DNA of 64,000 nucleotides from Eledone cirrhosa (lineage: Eukaryota), in the NCBI GenBank assembly GCA_964016885.1, contig OZ024740.1:354454001-354518000 (forward strand), in the 5' to 3' direction. Below, piece after piece: positions 1 to 13,192 of the stretch. Made by a program: the position numbers and the translations under genes. A model generated the notes under the pieces. The model saw only the letters and a program-made list of their open reading frames with translations. It did not search any database and was not told where the DNA came from. Positions within the stretch are counted from its first letter, which is position 1. Each line of letters opens with the position of its first letter.

Positions 1-54
1 ATTGATTGATGAAAAACTCAAACAAAAATTGACCTCGTATTTAATGATAATAAC

Positions 55-215
55 TAGTTCTATTTAGGCATGAGACCAGTAATTTGGGGATAGGAGACAG
101 TCAATTAAATAAACTCCAGTACTCTATTAGTAATTTATTTTATTGACACCATAAAGATGAAAGGCAAAGTTAACCTTAGCAGCATCTGAACTCAGAACAT
201 AAAGATCTAGAATAA
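55..215 (-). mobile_element. tRNA-derived SINE fragment
   Basis: Reverse complement of the B-box/body GAGTTCAAAT...GGTYAACTTTGCCTTTCATC...AATAAAA motif that recurs at 743, 24750, 32160 and 36170. Confidence 0.6.
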
Positions 216-676
216 ATACTTAATGATAACATCATTTATATTATATAGTATATCATGATGTGAATTTAATTTAGGGTTGCCATGAAGCCAAAAGTTCAGA
301 GATATATACCTCATCTACTTTGAATAATTGAAAAACCAGAAATACTGATTTCATATAGAATGTTTCGAAAGAGATGTCCATTGATGTTTATGAAAATATG
401 GTGAAATTTATTGGCAATTCTATGAAAATTAAAAATAGCCACTTTCAAAGTATTCTTTGATTGTGTCTATTAATATATCTCCAATTACAGTTATTTTATA
501 AATGCAATACTTTTTAAATGTTAAGATAATGAGTAAACAAAAATGGTAAAATGCTAAGCTACATTTTTACAATGTTTACTTTCATCCAACTAGTTTCTAA
601 GTTCTCTGGCCAGAATTAATTTTAACATTCATTTCTCTGGGGTTGATAATTAAAAATAACTACCAGTTATGTTCAT

Positions 677-830
677 AAGCAGCAAATTGGCAGAGTCATT
701 AGATAGAATGCTTTATGGTATTTGTTCCAGCTCTCTGCTCTTTGAGTTCAAATCCCGCCGAGGTCAACTTTGCCTTTCATCCTTTCGAGGTCAATAAAAA
801 TAAAAGTATCAGTCTAGTACTGGGGTCGGT
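677..830 (+). mobile_element. tRNA-derived SINE
   Basis: A-box-like TTGGCAGAGTC, B-box GAGTTCAAATCCC, body GGTCAACTTTGCCTTTCATCCTTTCGAGGTC. Confidence 0.7.
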
Positions 831-1947
831 TCTTCCTCCATATCTCTTTCTCATTTCCTCTCTCTCACTTTCTATCTTTCTTTGAAAGAAATCTGCTGTA
901 CTCAGGCCTGGAGAGGGATGGGCTCCGCCAGGCTTTAAATGCTCAATGGTAATACAGTATCCCTACAACTCCCCCAGGAGTTACGGGACGATATATATAT
1001 ATATACATACCAGTAATGTTCAGAGGTCAATTAGATCAACTATCCCTTCTCTCCTTTTAAAAAAAATGGATATTTGTTAAATATTGTTGCTACTAAGCGG
1101 CTTTTAAATCAACTCTTAACAGCAGCAGAGTTATTTAACATTTAACTAGTCATAAGTAACCCATCTACATTATACTAAGATTCAGAAGTTAAAACACGAG
1201 ATCCTAATTTTAAAATTACAGAGATTTTCATAATGGGGATTTGGGGTGCTAAATCACACATGTCAATTATTTCCATAATATTACACAATATACATCAGCT
1301 ACTTAAATAGGTCAGTTTATACAACATAATATATCTCTTACCCCTGAGTAATCATCAGGCTGTTCATGTTTATATATGGTTGATTCAGAGGAAGGATAAT
1401 TATGCTACACACAAACAGAAGTTAAACACATTTGCTCAAGATGCCACACAGTAGGATAGAAATTAAGACGTTTTAAACCCACAGCTATGCACACATCTGA
1501 TTAATAAGCCAAAAACGGATAGTTACCAGGACTGGATTAAGTTCTTTTAAGGCTATAAGAAATTAAAAGATATGGCACTTCCCATATATAAAGTCTGAAA
1601 AAATGTATATTTCTGGAATGACAAATACATTTAATTTGAATGAAATGGTGTCCCCCTCCCCTTGATGCTCTCTATATGTATTTTGCTTATTAGTTAATCT
1701 AGCCTTGCTTACTACCAATAAAAGCCATATGTCCCAGAGATTACTCCAAATCATCTTTAAAAAGGGGATGAGACATTGCATGATATCATCTTAGTGTGAA
1801 ATAAAGGCAGGATGGTGAAAGCTGGAATGCCTTTCATCATATATCTAAGTCTTAAAAACAACTATATATATATATATTCACATGCAATAAGTTATTTAAA
1901 AGAAATCAATCATATCATGAATTATAAAAGAAATCAGTTTTACTCAC

Positions 1948-2013
1948 AAAATTTCTCTTGTGTAAAGTTAAGTTCTTCCATGTCAGTAAGGTTAAAAATT
2001 TAAAAGATTCCAT
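1948..2013 (-). CDS. ABCA: First coding exon of an ABCA-subfamily ABC transporter (exon 2050-1948; encodes MESFKFLTLLTWKNLTLHKRNF)
   Basis: Strong acceptor TTTTCTTTTCATTTTTCCAG ends at 2051 and donor GTGAGT starts at 1947. The peptide matches the ABCA N-terminal LLxWKN.TL.KR motif. It has 22 codons with a phase-0 intron, like the first coding exon of ABCA1. Too short for the ORF track. Confidence 0.72.
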
Positions 2014-2109
2014 CACAGACTTCTTGATTTATATCATAGTGAGAAAATTCCTGGAAAAATGAAAAGAAAATGACATATAAATTATGTATATATGTGTGCC
2101 ATATATAGT

Positions 2110-2162
2110 GAGATTCCTGATGATTTCTCACGAATGAAACAGTTCTAGTCCTGTAGAATCTC
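2110..2162 (+). ncRNA. Type I hammerhead ribozyme (monomeric, full stem III)
   Basis: Stem I GAGATTC/GAATCTC, core CTGATGA (2117-2123), stem II TTC-TCAC-GAA, GAAA, stem III ACAG/CTGT, GUA cleavage triplet ending at 2155. Confidence 0.8.
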
Positions 2163-2173
2163 TTCTATATTAA

Positions 2174-2221
<48 letters not shown>

Positions 2222-2224
<3 letters not shown>

Positions 2225-2798
2225 ATCAGATTAGGAAGGGAGGAGGAAGCTCCAAGGCCATAGTATCTAAAATAAGGACAGGATGTAAGAAGTTTAGGGA
2301 GCTGCTTCCTCTGTTGACAACAAAGGGTTCTCCCTATGAATGAAAGGTCAGTTGTATGATGCTTCTGTGAGATGCACAATGCTGCATGGTAGTGAGACAT
2401 GAGCAGCAACTGCAGAGGATATGCGACGGCAGGAGAGAAATGAAGCAAGCCTGCTCCGGTGGATGTGCAATGTCAATGTGTGTGAATGACCAGGCATGGA
2501 AGAGTTGAGAATGAAACTGTGTATAAACTGTAGTGTGTGGGAGAGAAACTGTGTTGGTATGGCCATATGATACGCATGGAGGACTGCTGGGTGAAGAAGT
2601 GCCAAGAAATCCAAGTGAAAGGAAGATGCAGTAGAGGAAGACCACAAAAAACATGGGCAGAGGTGGTGAGAGCTGACCTTAGATCGCTGAAGCTCACAGA
2701 GAAGATGATGAGGGACCGTGACGAATGGAGAGATGCTGTGCTGAAGAGGATCCAACCCACCCTTGCAAGCAGGGAAAAGCGTAAAATAATGATGATGA

Positions 2799-2800
<2 letters not shown>
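2222..2800 (+). mobile_element. RTE LINE 3' fragment (PHD lineage)
   Basis: Degenerate RT C-terminus (WYGHM.RMED..GRPQKTW) and (TGA)n tail, with (TA)n on both sides. Confidence 0.85.
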
Positions 2801-2840
<40 letters not shown>

Positions 2841-2854
2841 TGAAAGAGAGAGTT

Positions 2855-3270
2855 GTCACCATAGGAGTTGGAGCCAGAGGCTTTGTGGGAAAATTTGCCT
2901 ACAATCTCATGAAACAATTCTCAGTCTCAGGGAAGAACTGGACCAAAGCCCTAAAGGCAATATCAGAGAAAGCTGATATGAGTTCCAGCTGAATCTGGTC
3001 AAGGAGGAACAAACACATCCTCCATTTGAAAGTAAAGGGAACGGAGAGGAGTGCCAGCTAGATCTCATCAACAAAATCTTCATAAAATGTAAATATATAA
3101 GTCTCTGATAGCCACGTGGCATAAAATGTTGGCAGCATTCACAAGTCATGACCTGGATGCAGCCCAGCTCCCTTCGAGTGTAAGAAGCTTAGGGCCAAAA
3201 CACTTGTATGAGGGGAGTTTCTTCTCAAAAGACTTTCTACGGTCCAACTCTCCTGAAAGTTTCTTACCAC
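2855..3270 (+). mobile_element. 3' fragment of an RLE-type non-LTR retrotransposon (Hero/NeSL-like)
   Basis: Translation IGVGARGFVGKFAYNLMKQF...KALKAISEKADMSSS resembles the C-terminus of Hero/NeSL restriction-like endonuclease domains. Confidence 0.55.
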
Positions 3271-3278
3271 ACTATATA

Positions 3279-4156
3279 TCTATATATATAAAATTCTTTG
3301 TCTCTCTGTCTGTCTATTCCTATGCATTCTCAAACAGGTGGACCAAATCAAATCAAATTTTACAAGGTAATAGTATTAGACCCCAGGAGTGTCAACGTGT
3401 AATTTTTATTTTCATTTGGATTAAAAAATATAATATTTTATCTAAAATAACCTTTCTATAATGAACTATAGTAAACCACCACCATGACGACAACCACGAT
3501 GACATCACATTGTATATGAGTGTGTATGTGTCTGTGAGTGTGTCTGTGTTTGCGAGTTTGTTACATAATTAAGGCTTCAGAGAATTAAACACACACATAC
3601 ATCTACACATATGTATGACCGATAGGTGTGTTGAATGTATGTATGTGTGTCTGTCTTAGTATATGTATATGAGAGTATGTGTGTGTGAGTGTATGTGTGA
3701 TAATTTTTATTTTAATGTTAGGCCTCAGAGAATTAAATGCAAACATACATATAGCGTTAGTAAGTTGCATACACATTATTTTCACACACAGACAATTAAA
3801 CATACACACACATCTACACATACAGATACATCTGTGATGACAGACAGGTGCGCCTGAATGTATGTCTGTGTGTGTGTCTTAGTATATGTATGTGAGTGTG
3901 TGAGAGTGTGTGTGAGCAACAATTTATTCATTTGGACACCAACAAAAAATGACACAATGAATATTGTTTACTCTAGGGTGCTCCAAGATTGACAGATTTT
4001 GGATTTCTAACTTCTATTATTACTATTTTGATATTTTTTTTATAAAATATAGATATTTTAAAATAATTATGAGGAAAAAAAAACATCTTCATATTTATTG
4101 TTTACTAATCTGAATAAAAACAACAGTAACCTGGTCAACGCCGGGTAATTCAGCTA

Positions 4157-4157
<1 letters not shown>
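3279..4157 (+). mobile_element. Non-autonomous Helitron
   Basis: 5' TCTATATATATAAA; 3' hairpin ACCTGGTCAACGCCGGGT followed by CTAG|T; internal duplicated (TG/CA)-rich units. Confidence 0.75.
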
Positions 4158-4202
<45 letters not shown>

Positions 4203-4256
4203 TCGTTTTTAGATCTGCCTTTCCATGCTTGCATGGGTTATATATATATATATATA

Positions 4257-7200
4257 CTAGCTAAACTACCCGTGCTTTGGAGGGTTCAAGTAGCTTTCGA
4301 TGTAGCTCATTAAACTAAACAAAGTAAATTTGAATAGATAGAAGAAAAACGTACTTTATGTAAACATGAAGACCTTAGGCACTATTCCAGTAAAATAATT
4401 AATATGTGAGCTCGGTGTCATCCGTTATACCATGTAACAACAGAAATCCAGTCTAGGTATAAATTTTTTTGACAACAGTAAAAGCGCATCATGAAATAGA
4501 GAAGTGAATTGAATAATAGACACTATTATGTGAATAATAGACACATTATGTCAGGCCACTCTCGAGTGCTACTGGTAACATGTAACCCAGTACAAACTGT
4601 CGCATGGTCGGGTCATCAGCGATTAAACCGGCAACCCCATCAAGTTTACTTGGTGAGGAGGGTGATTTTGGACATCCTGCAGGACAAAAACAAAACCTGA
4701 TAAAAGGCGGAAGAACTCATAAGAGTCAACGGCCATCCAAAAATTGTGTAAATATGTATATAGTGTATATTTGGTAGCCTTGGTCGGCAATCTGTCTAGG
4801 AGAGGCACCACTCTGATTTCAAAGCCGGGGCAGACAGAGCTCTTTGGCCGTTAAACGACGACATTGGTAAGCAGGATGTCGGATCAGTAGATAAGGCAAT
4901 GATCAAGTAACTGTGAATTTGGTTCATACTACTAGTGGCAAAGCGATCATATCAACTATTGTTGGATGTTTCGGTGAGGCACAACAGCTCTAATACAGAG
5001 TACTGCTTTCACGTGCATGGAGTAGTGACCGCAAGTGTATATCCAGCTATTGAAAGTTAAATATGACACAAATCCTTCGATGTTTATCCCGCAGCGCTTG
5101 TCGCGCGGTTAAACAAGCAGCGCGTCCTGCAACGGATTCCCAGATTGCAGTCGAAAAATCAGATACTGGGAAACATACACGGAAAAAACAATCAACCCGA
5201 CTTGTACACGGAAAGAAAGACATCTTTGCTGGTACACTCAATGTTCAAACACTCCAGAAAGACCATAAAATCCCTGAACTGATTGCTTCAGCAGGAGCGA
5301 CCAACCACGATGTTATCTGTCTTCAGGAGCACCAGTTCATACATGAAGAGCTTGTAACAAAGGAGCAAATATTTGGCAATTGGAGGCTGCTAACCTGCTG
5401 AGCTTAGAAAAACAACAAGAATGCAGCAAATGGTGGAGTTGGAATGCTTTTCAGCCCGCGAGCCTATGATGCACTTGCGAGTGTTGAAATGATAACATCA
5501 AGGATAATGATAGCTACGTTTAACGGGAATCCTAAAACCAACAAATGCATGTGACATCGCCGAAGTAGAGAGGTTTTACATGGAACTAACATCACTCACT
5601 AGACAAATCCCGAAATATAATGTTCTCATCATTGGCGGAGACTTCAACGCGCGTCTTGGACAGCTTGATGGATTCAAATTCTCATAGCACTCACAAACCA
5701 ATAGAAACGGTTGTATGCTAAAAGATGACTTGTGTGTGAACAATTTGCAATGTCTCAACGCCATATTCCAAAAAAGACCAGGCCAGCGGTGGACACACAA
5801 ATCTCCAAATGGCGTCAAGACACAACTGGATTATATCATAATCAATTGAAAATGGAAGAACAGCGCAAAAAACTGCAAAGCATATGACTCATTTGTTAGT
5901 GTTGACTCGGATCATGGCATTGTCTTGGCCAAGATATGATTAAGTCTCCGAGTGGATAAAAAGAAATCTGCAAATGCTACTCCTTACAACTGGGCAATTC
6001 TGAATACCAATCCTGAGACTTACAAAACCTTTGTAACCCAACTGAGCAACTGATTTGCTGCCCTACAAGACTCTACGCCAACAAAATCGTCAAATTCTAT
6101 TTAGCCACTTTCAAATGGCATTCAAAGCGGCAGCGGCCGACACCATACCTTTAAAACCCAAGGTTAAAAAACGAAAACCCTGGGAAATAGAGAGGATACG
6201 CCAAAAGCGCAAAGAGTTGCGAAAAGCTGCAGAATTGAAAGACACTCAACGATCTCCAGAAAACATTAGTAACTTCAATGCTGTTTGTACAGCACTGAAA
6301 AGTGAGTATGAAATTGAGCAAGCCGAATACATGCAGAAAAAGATCAATCATATCTCAAGTACTGTCAGTAATAAGAGGTCTGCTGAAGCCTGGAAAACTG
6401 TCAATGAAATTATGGCAGAAAAAGTAGTGACCGAGCAAACTGAAAGCCTCCAGCCAAGACGAACGTTTAAAACTGTGGCAACAACAGTTTCAGAACCTAC
6501 TTGGCAAAGCACCACAGATCATTGAAGAAGAAATAAAACCCGTTTTTACAGAGGAACACCAAATACAGAAAGGTCCTTTCACTATGGAGGAACTACAGAA
6601 AGCAGTGAAAAGCGTGCGGACTCGACGAGATCCCAACTGAAGTGTGGAAGGTACCTGAATTTCACCCAATCCTACTAGATTTGTGTAATGGTGTCTATAA
6701 TCAAGACCCCCATAGACAAATGGACTGAGGGATGTATACTCCCTTTTCCCAAAAAGGGCGATCTTGGAATGGCTAAAAACTACCGTGGCATAACACTAAT
6801 GGCAATTGCCGCAAAGATATACAATCTCATGTTGCTTGACAGAATAAGACCTGTCATTGACCCCTTGCTGAGAAAAAACCAAAATGGCTTCCGCACCAAC
6901 AGATCAACATCAGGGCAAATACTTACTATTCGGCGTATCTTGGAAGACGTAAAGGCCAAAAACCTCCCAGCAACTCTCCTGTTTATTGACTTTTCAAAAG
7001 CATTCGATTCCATCCATTGTGGGAGGATGAGAGATACTTCTAGCCTACGGCTTGCCAAAGGAAACAGTAAATGCCATCATGATGTTATATAAAAACACCC
7101 GCGCAATGGTGCGCTCACCTGATGGAGATACCAACTTCTTTGACATCATTGCAGGAGTACTCCAAGGAGATACTCTTGCACCATATATTTTTATCATCTG

Positions 7201-8524
7201 AGAAAAGCCCTGTACGAAAACTTAGAGCTTGGTTTCACTCTCACAAAGTGAAAGTGTAGACGCCAGAAAATCACCGATGTTGACTATGCGAATGATGTAG
7301 CAGTCCTCGCTGACTACCTTAAGGATGCAACATCACTACTTCACAGCATCAAATCAGTTGCAAAGGAAATCAGACTCTATGTCAACGCAGGCAAAACAGA
7401 ATATATTTGCCTGAACCAAGACTCCTCAGTTGGTATGCGAAGTCTAAACGGCGATATAATCAAGCAAGTCGACGATTTCAAATACTTGGGTAGCTATATC
7501 GCCTCCACAGAACATGATGTTAACATCAGACTGGAAAAAGCCTGGGGAGCATTGAATGCAATGGAAAAAATATGGAAATCAAACCTGCCGGCCAAACTGA
7601 AAAGGAATTTCTTCAGAGCTGCTGTGGAATCTGTGCTTGTTTAAGGCTCTATCACTTGGATGCTAACATCAAAACTGGAGAAAAAGCTAGACATGAAAAA
7701 GCTATACACATGTATGCTCCGTGCTGCTTTAAACGTATCTTGGAGGGAACACGCAACAAATAAGGATCTCTGTGGCAATATACCACCTATCAGCAAGTCA
7801 ATACGTAAACAGAGACTCAGATTTGCTGGCTATTGTTGGTGCAGCAAGGAAGAAATAGCAGGCGATGTATTGTTATGGAATCCATCTCATGGAGCAAGAA
7901 ACGCTGGTCGTCCCAAGAAGATATACGTCAAGCAACTTGAGGACAATACTGGATGCACTGCGGAAGAACTGGCAAACGCTATGAGAGACAGAGATGGATG
8001 GAGGAAACGTGTCGTAGAAGGCTGAGCAAGCTCGACCTGATGATGATGATTATGTACAAAGCATAATATTGTAAAAGTTATTACATCACTTAATGTATGA
8101 ACATCAAGCTTGAAACGATAAATTATACAATGTCAAATCTATAACTTAACTTAGTAATCTGTTAGAAATTGCAGGTTGTGAAATATACAAAATGATATTG
8201 TTAGTCTCAAGGAAGTGTACCGTTTGTTTCAAGTACAAAGAGTAAATTAAAATCCGAATGAGCCGAATTATGAAAGATAACTCTTGTCGTACATAAAGAT
8301 AACTCTTATCTTACTTAATCACGAAAATTGACACAAATAACCGAAACTTTTTATATCTCCAAAGGCCCCAATATCGATTTTTGAAAGCCTTTGTAAATCA
8401 TGTACAGGTTTTGTGCAAGGAGAAGCTCTGTAAAAAATTTCAAAGAAATCGCATGAATGGTTTAGAATATTTGAGCCCTCATTAAAAATTGTCCACACAC
8501 ACTTCGTCTTTATGTATATACAGA
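4257..8524 (-). mobile_element. Non-autonomous Helitron split by an RTE insertion
   Basis: Minus-strand 5' end TCTGTATATACATAAAG at 8524; 3' hairpin plus CTAG at 4257-4285. Confidence 0.6.
4552..8050 (+). pseudogene. Near full-length degenerate RTE LINE (APE + RT), second lineage
   Basis: ORF pieces GTLNVQTL, GDFNAR, NYRGITL, QNGFR, FIDFSKAFDS, YAND, FKYLGS; (TGA)n tail; possible TSD ATTATGT. Confidence 0.9.
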
Positions 8525-8529
8525 TATAT

Positions 8530-9225
8530 ATAATCTGAATTTTTCGAATATTAATAATAACATTCGATTTGTTTGCAATGATGCAAACAAGCCTCATTTT
8601 TAAAGCCATGTCAGCAGAATGAACCCTTCATTCTTGCTCTTGTGTTGGCATGAAACAGAACTGCAGATACTAATGTTTCTGGGTATCACTCTTCATCAAT
8701 ACAGCTCACTGTTCATCTGTCAAAGCTAGTGAAAATATATGCTAAAAAATATATTTTCACTTTACATGGCTGAATACAATAAATGTAATCTGAGTTTTTC
8801 GAATATTAATATTTGAAAAACTCAGATTACATTTATTGTATTCAGCCATGTAGAGCGAAAATTTTTTAATTTTTTATTTGAATGTGGCAAAGCCGGCCAT
8901 TTATCGCTCGTATACAGGAAACTGACTGGTTAGTAATCAGGCTGATCAGTCACTGTATATTTTAGAAAATAGCTTATATTTTCACTAGCTCTGACAGTTG
9001 ACAGGTGAACAGTGAGCTGTACTGATGAAGGGTAATACCCAGAAACATTAGTATCTGAAGTTCTGTTTACATGCCAACACAAGAACAAGAATGAAGGGTT
9101 CATTCTACCGACTTGGCTTTAAAAATGAGGCTTGTTTGCATAATTGCAAACGAATCGAATGTTATTATTAATATTCGAAAAACTCAGATTACATTTATTG
9201 TATTCAGCCATGTAGAGCGAAAAAA
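8530..9225. repeat. Fold-back inverted repeat of a ~362-bp unit with a hammerhead-like core
   Basis: 8530-8810 is the reverse complement (with a deletion) of 8811-9200; CTCAGATTACATTTATTG directly repeated at 8821 and 9183; CTGATGA-GGGTAATACCC-GAAA at 9022-9045. Confidence 0.75.
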
Positions 9226-9619
9226 AAAATTGTTTAATATATATATATATATATATATATCAAGAATAAGTGTTATGTACAAATATAAAATAAAATATTC
9301 AAATTCTTAAAACATGAAAATTTTCACCTAATACCTTTAATTTTCCAAGATTGTATGTCTTTATTTCAGAGAATAATTATTGAATATTTAATTCAAATTC
9401 TAAAAGCTTTTATTCAGTAAGTTAGATAATTATTAAAATAACAGATTCTTGAATAAAAATTCAAACACACAATTTTCAAATTTATTTCATAAGCAAGTGA
9501 AAATGTCATAATTAAAATGTAATAAAATCAATTAATAAAAAGTTCAACACACACACATGCACACGCAAACATACATACATTTATTTTTGTCTACTTTCCA
9601 TGATGCTTTGGGTAGAATG

Positions 9620-10500
9620 GAATTAAAAGCCTGAGAGTAAACTCAACCAAAACTTAAGTGCTAGTAAGTAGGAAAAAAGATAGGACCCTGATTCGTTCAG
9701 GGATGTGGCCCTGCTCAATATGTAGAAAAAGAGTAGGTATAAACTCTATATAGCATACACAATGTAAATCCTGAGTACACAAGAGATGTAGTGGATTAAC
9801 AGGTAGACTAACAAGAAGGGAAGACTTTGTATGTAAAAGATGCACAGGGCTAATCAAGGAGAAGAGTGTCAGTGATATAAACCTTTTCCAATCACAGGAA
9901 GGCTCCATAGAAATAGCTGATAGCTTCTGCTATCTAGACGAACTAATTACCAGTGTTGAGTGTGCTCCAAGAGCATAATAGCTAGAATGGAAGATTAGAG
10001 AGCTACTCCCACTGTTGACAACAAAATATTTCTCCCTATGAACAAAAAGATGGCTGTATTACACCTGTGTGCAAAGTGTGATGCTGCATGTCAGTGAAAC
10101 ATAGGTAGTGACTTCACAGGACATGTGTAGGCTGGAAAGAAATTAAGCTACTATGCTTTGTTGGAAGTCCAATGTAAATGTGAGAGAAAGGCAGAGCCTG
10201 GATGAACTGAGGGAGAAGTGGTGTGCATAAGAGAAGTCTGCATTGGTATGGACATGTGATGTGTACCGGATGTTGGCCGTTGGGGGAAGAAGTGCCAGGA
10301 AATCTGAGTAGTAGGAAGCTGCAGTAGAAGTAGACCAAAGACCTGGGTAGGGGCGGTGAGAGCTGATCTTAAATTGCTGACACTTACAGAGGAGATGATG
10401 AAGGAATGTGACAAGCGGAGAGATCCTGTGCTGAAAAGTACTCATCCAACCCATGCAAATGTGGCAAAATGGATGTAAAAACGATAATGATGATGATGAT
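9620..10500 (+). mobile_element. Degenerate RTE 3' fragment
   Basis: Homologous to the 15009-16298 ORF region (KTKVL, WPCSIC, HKRCSG); (TGA)n tail. Confidence 0.8.
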
Positions 10501-11001
10501 ACATACATACATATATATGTACATACACACATATATAAATACACATATACACACACATACAGATGCACATGATAAATCACATTTGTGGCACCTTAAAATC
10601 ATAGCACCAGTCAAATCTATAGTTATTAGCCACATTGATTATGCCTCCAGACTCCGGAAACCAATTCTAATCCTAAATGAGTAAAACAACTACTAATTAG
10701 AAAGAGTAGTTAGAATATTTAAATATCCTTACTTCTATCCAAGTCAGATTATTTGGAAATTGGAAAAATAAATTAATAGTAAAACTGATTTAGTGTTGTT
10801 GTTTAAATACAATATATTGATTTGTGGTATGAGGTCTTCAATTGATAAATTTAGAGGAATAGGATTTTTGGTACACAGAAGTACTTCCAAAGGGCATTAG
10901 CAAGGTTAGTGAAGTAAAGTAACTTCAATTTTTGCTAAAGCTAAAAATGAAATATAAAACATATACAATATGTGAAAAAAAAATGTAAAATCGTGAATAT
11001 C

Positions 11002-12725
11002 CATCATCATCATCATCATCATCGATTAACGTCTATCTTCCACATTAGCATGAGTTAGACAGGTTTGTCCCATTTAGAGGCAAGTTGGGTCAGGTGACCG
11101 TGTCTCGCTCATATAGGAGTGTTTCTGGCTGGGTTTCTACAGCTGGATGCCCTTCCTAATGCCAACCACATTGATAGTGTGCGCTGGGTGCTTTTTGCCG
11201 TGTCTTTTACACGTCCACTTTACAGTGTGGGCTGGGTGTTTTGGGGCTGGTTTTCTAAAGCTGGATGCCCTTCCTAATGCCAACCACATTGACAGTGTGC
11301 TGCATGTTTGTGGTACCAGCATTATATTCACACACACACATATATATATATATATTTATAAACATGCACATATCATAATAATGATATACACATATATATA
11401 TTTGCGTGCATATACATATACCATATATGTTATATGCATACACATATCATACATATACATACACACTTCATATATATACATAAATATATCATCAACCTCA
11501 TTGATTAGCGTCCATCATTCATAGGTAGGATGGATTAACCCTTGTTTAGCTCACCCGAGGCAGATATTGGCTTGATTTCTACTTGGTTTTGGGTAATTTT
11601 TGTTGTGTCACCTACACGACCACATTACAGTGTGGACTGGGCACTTTTTGTCGTGGCACCTACACGACCACTTTACAGTGTGGACTGGGCATCTTTGTCA
11701 TGTCACCAGCATGACCACTTTACAGTGGGGCCTGGGCACTTTTGTCTTGGGACGAGGGAGAAGGAGGAGGCTTGAGGAAATGTGGACAGGGTATTAGGGG
11801 AGGTATTGCTACCACTAAGGGAGGTAAATAAAAGGGGATAGAAGGTTGAGGAAGGTGTTGCCTACTAAGTATAAGCCTCAGCCTGAGAATAATAGAGGGC
11901 GGGTATTCAGTAAAACTGCATAGCGGTTGCAGTCCTAAGAGGTGTAATTGTGCAAGGTCAGCTTTTACCTCATCCCCAAGTCTTCCTAGACCTGCCCACA
12001 ACATGGCTACCATCGACTTTGAGTGCTCTGCACCTTATTATACAGCTGTCATCTTTCATACACATCACATGTCCATACCAACGCAATCTCCTCTCCTGCA
12101 TGCAACAACTGATCCCTCTTCATTTATGTATATTGCTTTGCACATCCAGTGAAGCATGGAAGCTTCATTTCTTTCCAATCTTTACAAGTCCTCAGCACAT
12201 CATGCCCAGGTCTCACTGCTGTGCAACATTGTTGTTCGTACACATGCTTCATACAGTCTGCCTTTCATTTTGGGGAAAAAACCTTTTGTAGTTAGTAACG
12301 GTAGTGGCTCTCTGAATTTTCTCCAATCCGATCTCACTCTGGTTACTGTGCTTTCAGAACACCCTCCCCAACTACTGATTTGGTCACCCAGGTAACATAA
12401 ACTATCTACCACTTCAACCAAGCCTTCTGAGCATTTGAAGGTGATTGTATCCTGAGGGTTCTTGCTACTTACTGCCCCTGTGCACCTGCCACAAGTAAAT
12501 CCTACATTCTTTGTTAGCTGTCTGAGAACCCACTACATCTCATGAACCCATTGCTTGCATTTGGTAGATAGAATAGAATTTCTACCTACTCCTTTTTTGC
12601 ACACAGAGCAGGGCCATTTCCGAGAGTAGATCTGGGCCCTGTTATCACTTCTACTTACTAGGACTTTAGTCTTTGCCAGGTTGACTTTAACTCCTTTAGA
12701 TTCTAGGTCTTGCTTCCAGAAAACA
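11002..12725 (-). mobile_element. Degenerate RTE 3' portion with long repeat-rich 3' UTR and related short elements
   Basis: ORFs 12200-12421 and 12533-12766 match the RTE RT C-terminus; (CAT)n tail at 11002; GGATGCCCTTCCTAA motifs. Confidence 0.8.
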
Positions 12726-12967
12726 CGATAATAATAATAATGAGCCATATCCAAGTTTATAAACAAATTATATATAAATATAGAAAAAAAAAATCATCTA
12801 GGAAAAGTAGATGCAATTTCATATTAGATATGCTATTGTGCTTACAATATTTCAGATATTTTTATGGTTATAATCGTGATAAGATAATAAAATTTTGGGA
12901 GTTGTACTTATCTGACAAATGACTTGATTTGAGATTGTGTGTTGAAACTAAAACAATTACTGCATGG

Positions 12968-13192
12968 AAGAGTTATTTAAGTCATTTAAAAACACACAAA
13001 AACTATTAACAATACTTAATATTTATTTCTTAGTGTCAAAATGTTTGTCACACAGTCTGCAACCTGATTGCTGACTCAGTTCTACTTGTCACATACAGTG
13101 CAACAGACATTTTGACACCAGGAAATAAATGATAAATATAAAAGTAAAGTTAATAGTTTTTGTGTGTTTCTAAATAGCTAGAATGACTCTTA
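12968..13192. repeat. Old inverted repeat, probably from a Penelope-type repeat
   Basis: AAACACACAAAAACTATTAAC / GTTAATAGTTTTTGTGTGTTT arms; the centre has a decayed TGTGTGAC-AAA-CATTTTGAC resembling the 35889 hammerhead. Confidence 0.55.

Noticed and set aside
310-419. Candidate second ABCA exon (good acceptor and donor on minus strand)
   Set aside because: Stops in all three frames and no ABCA similarity
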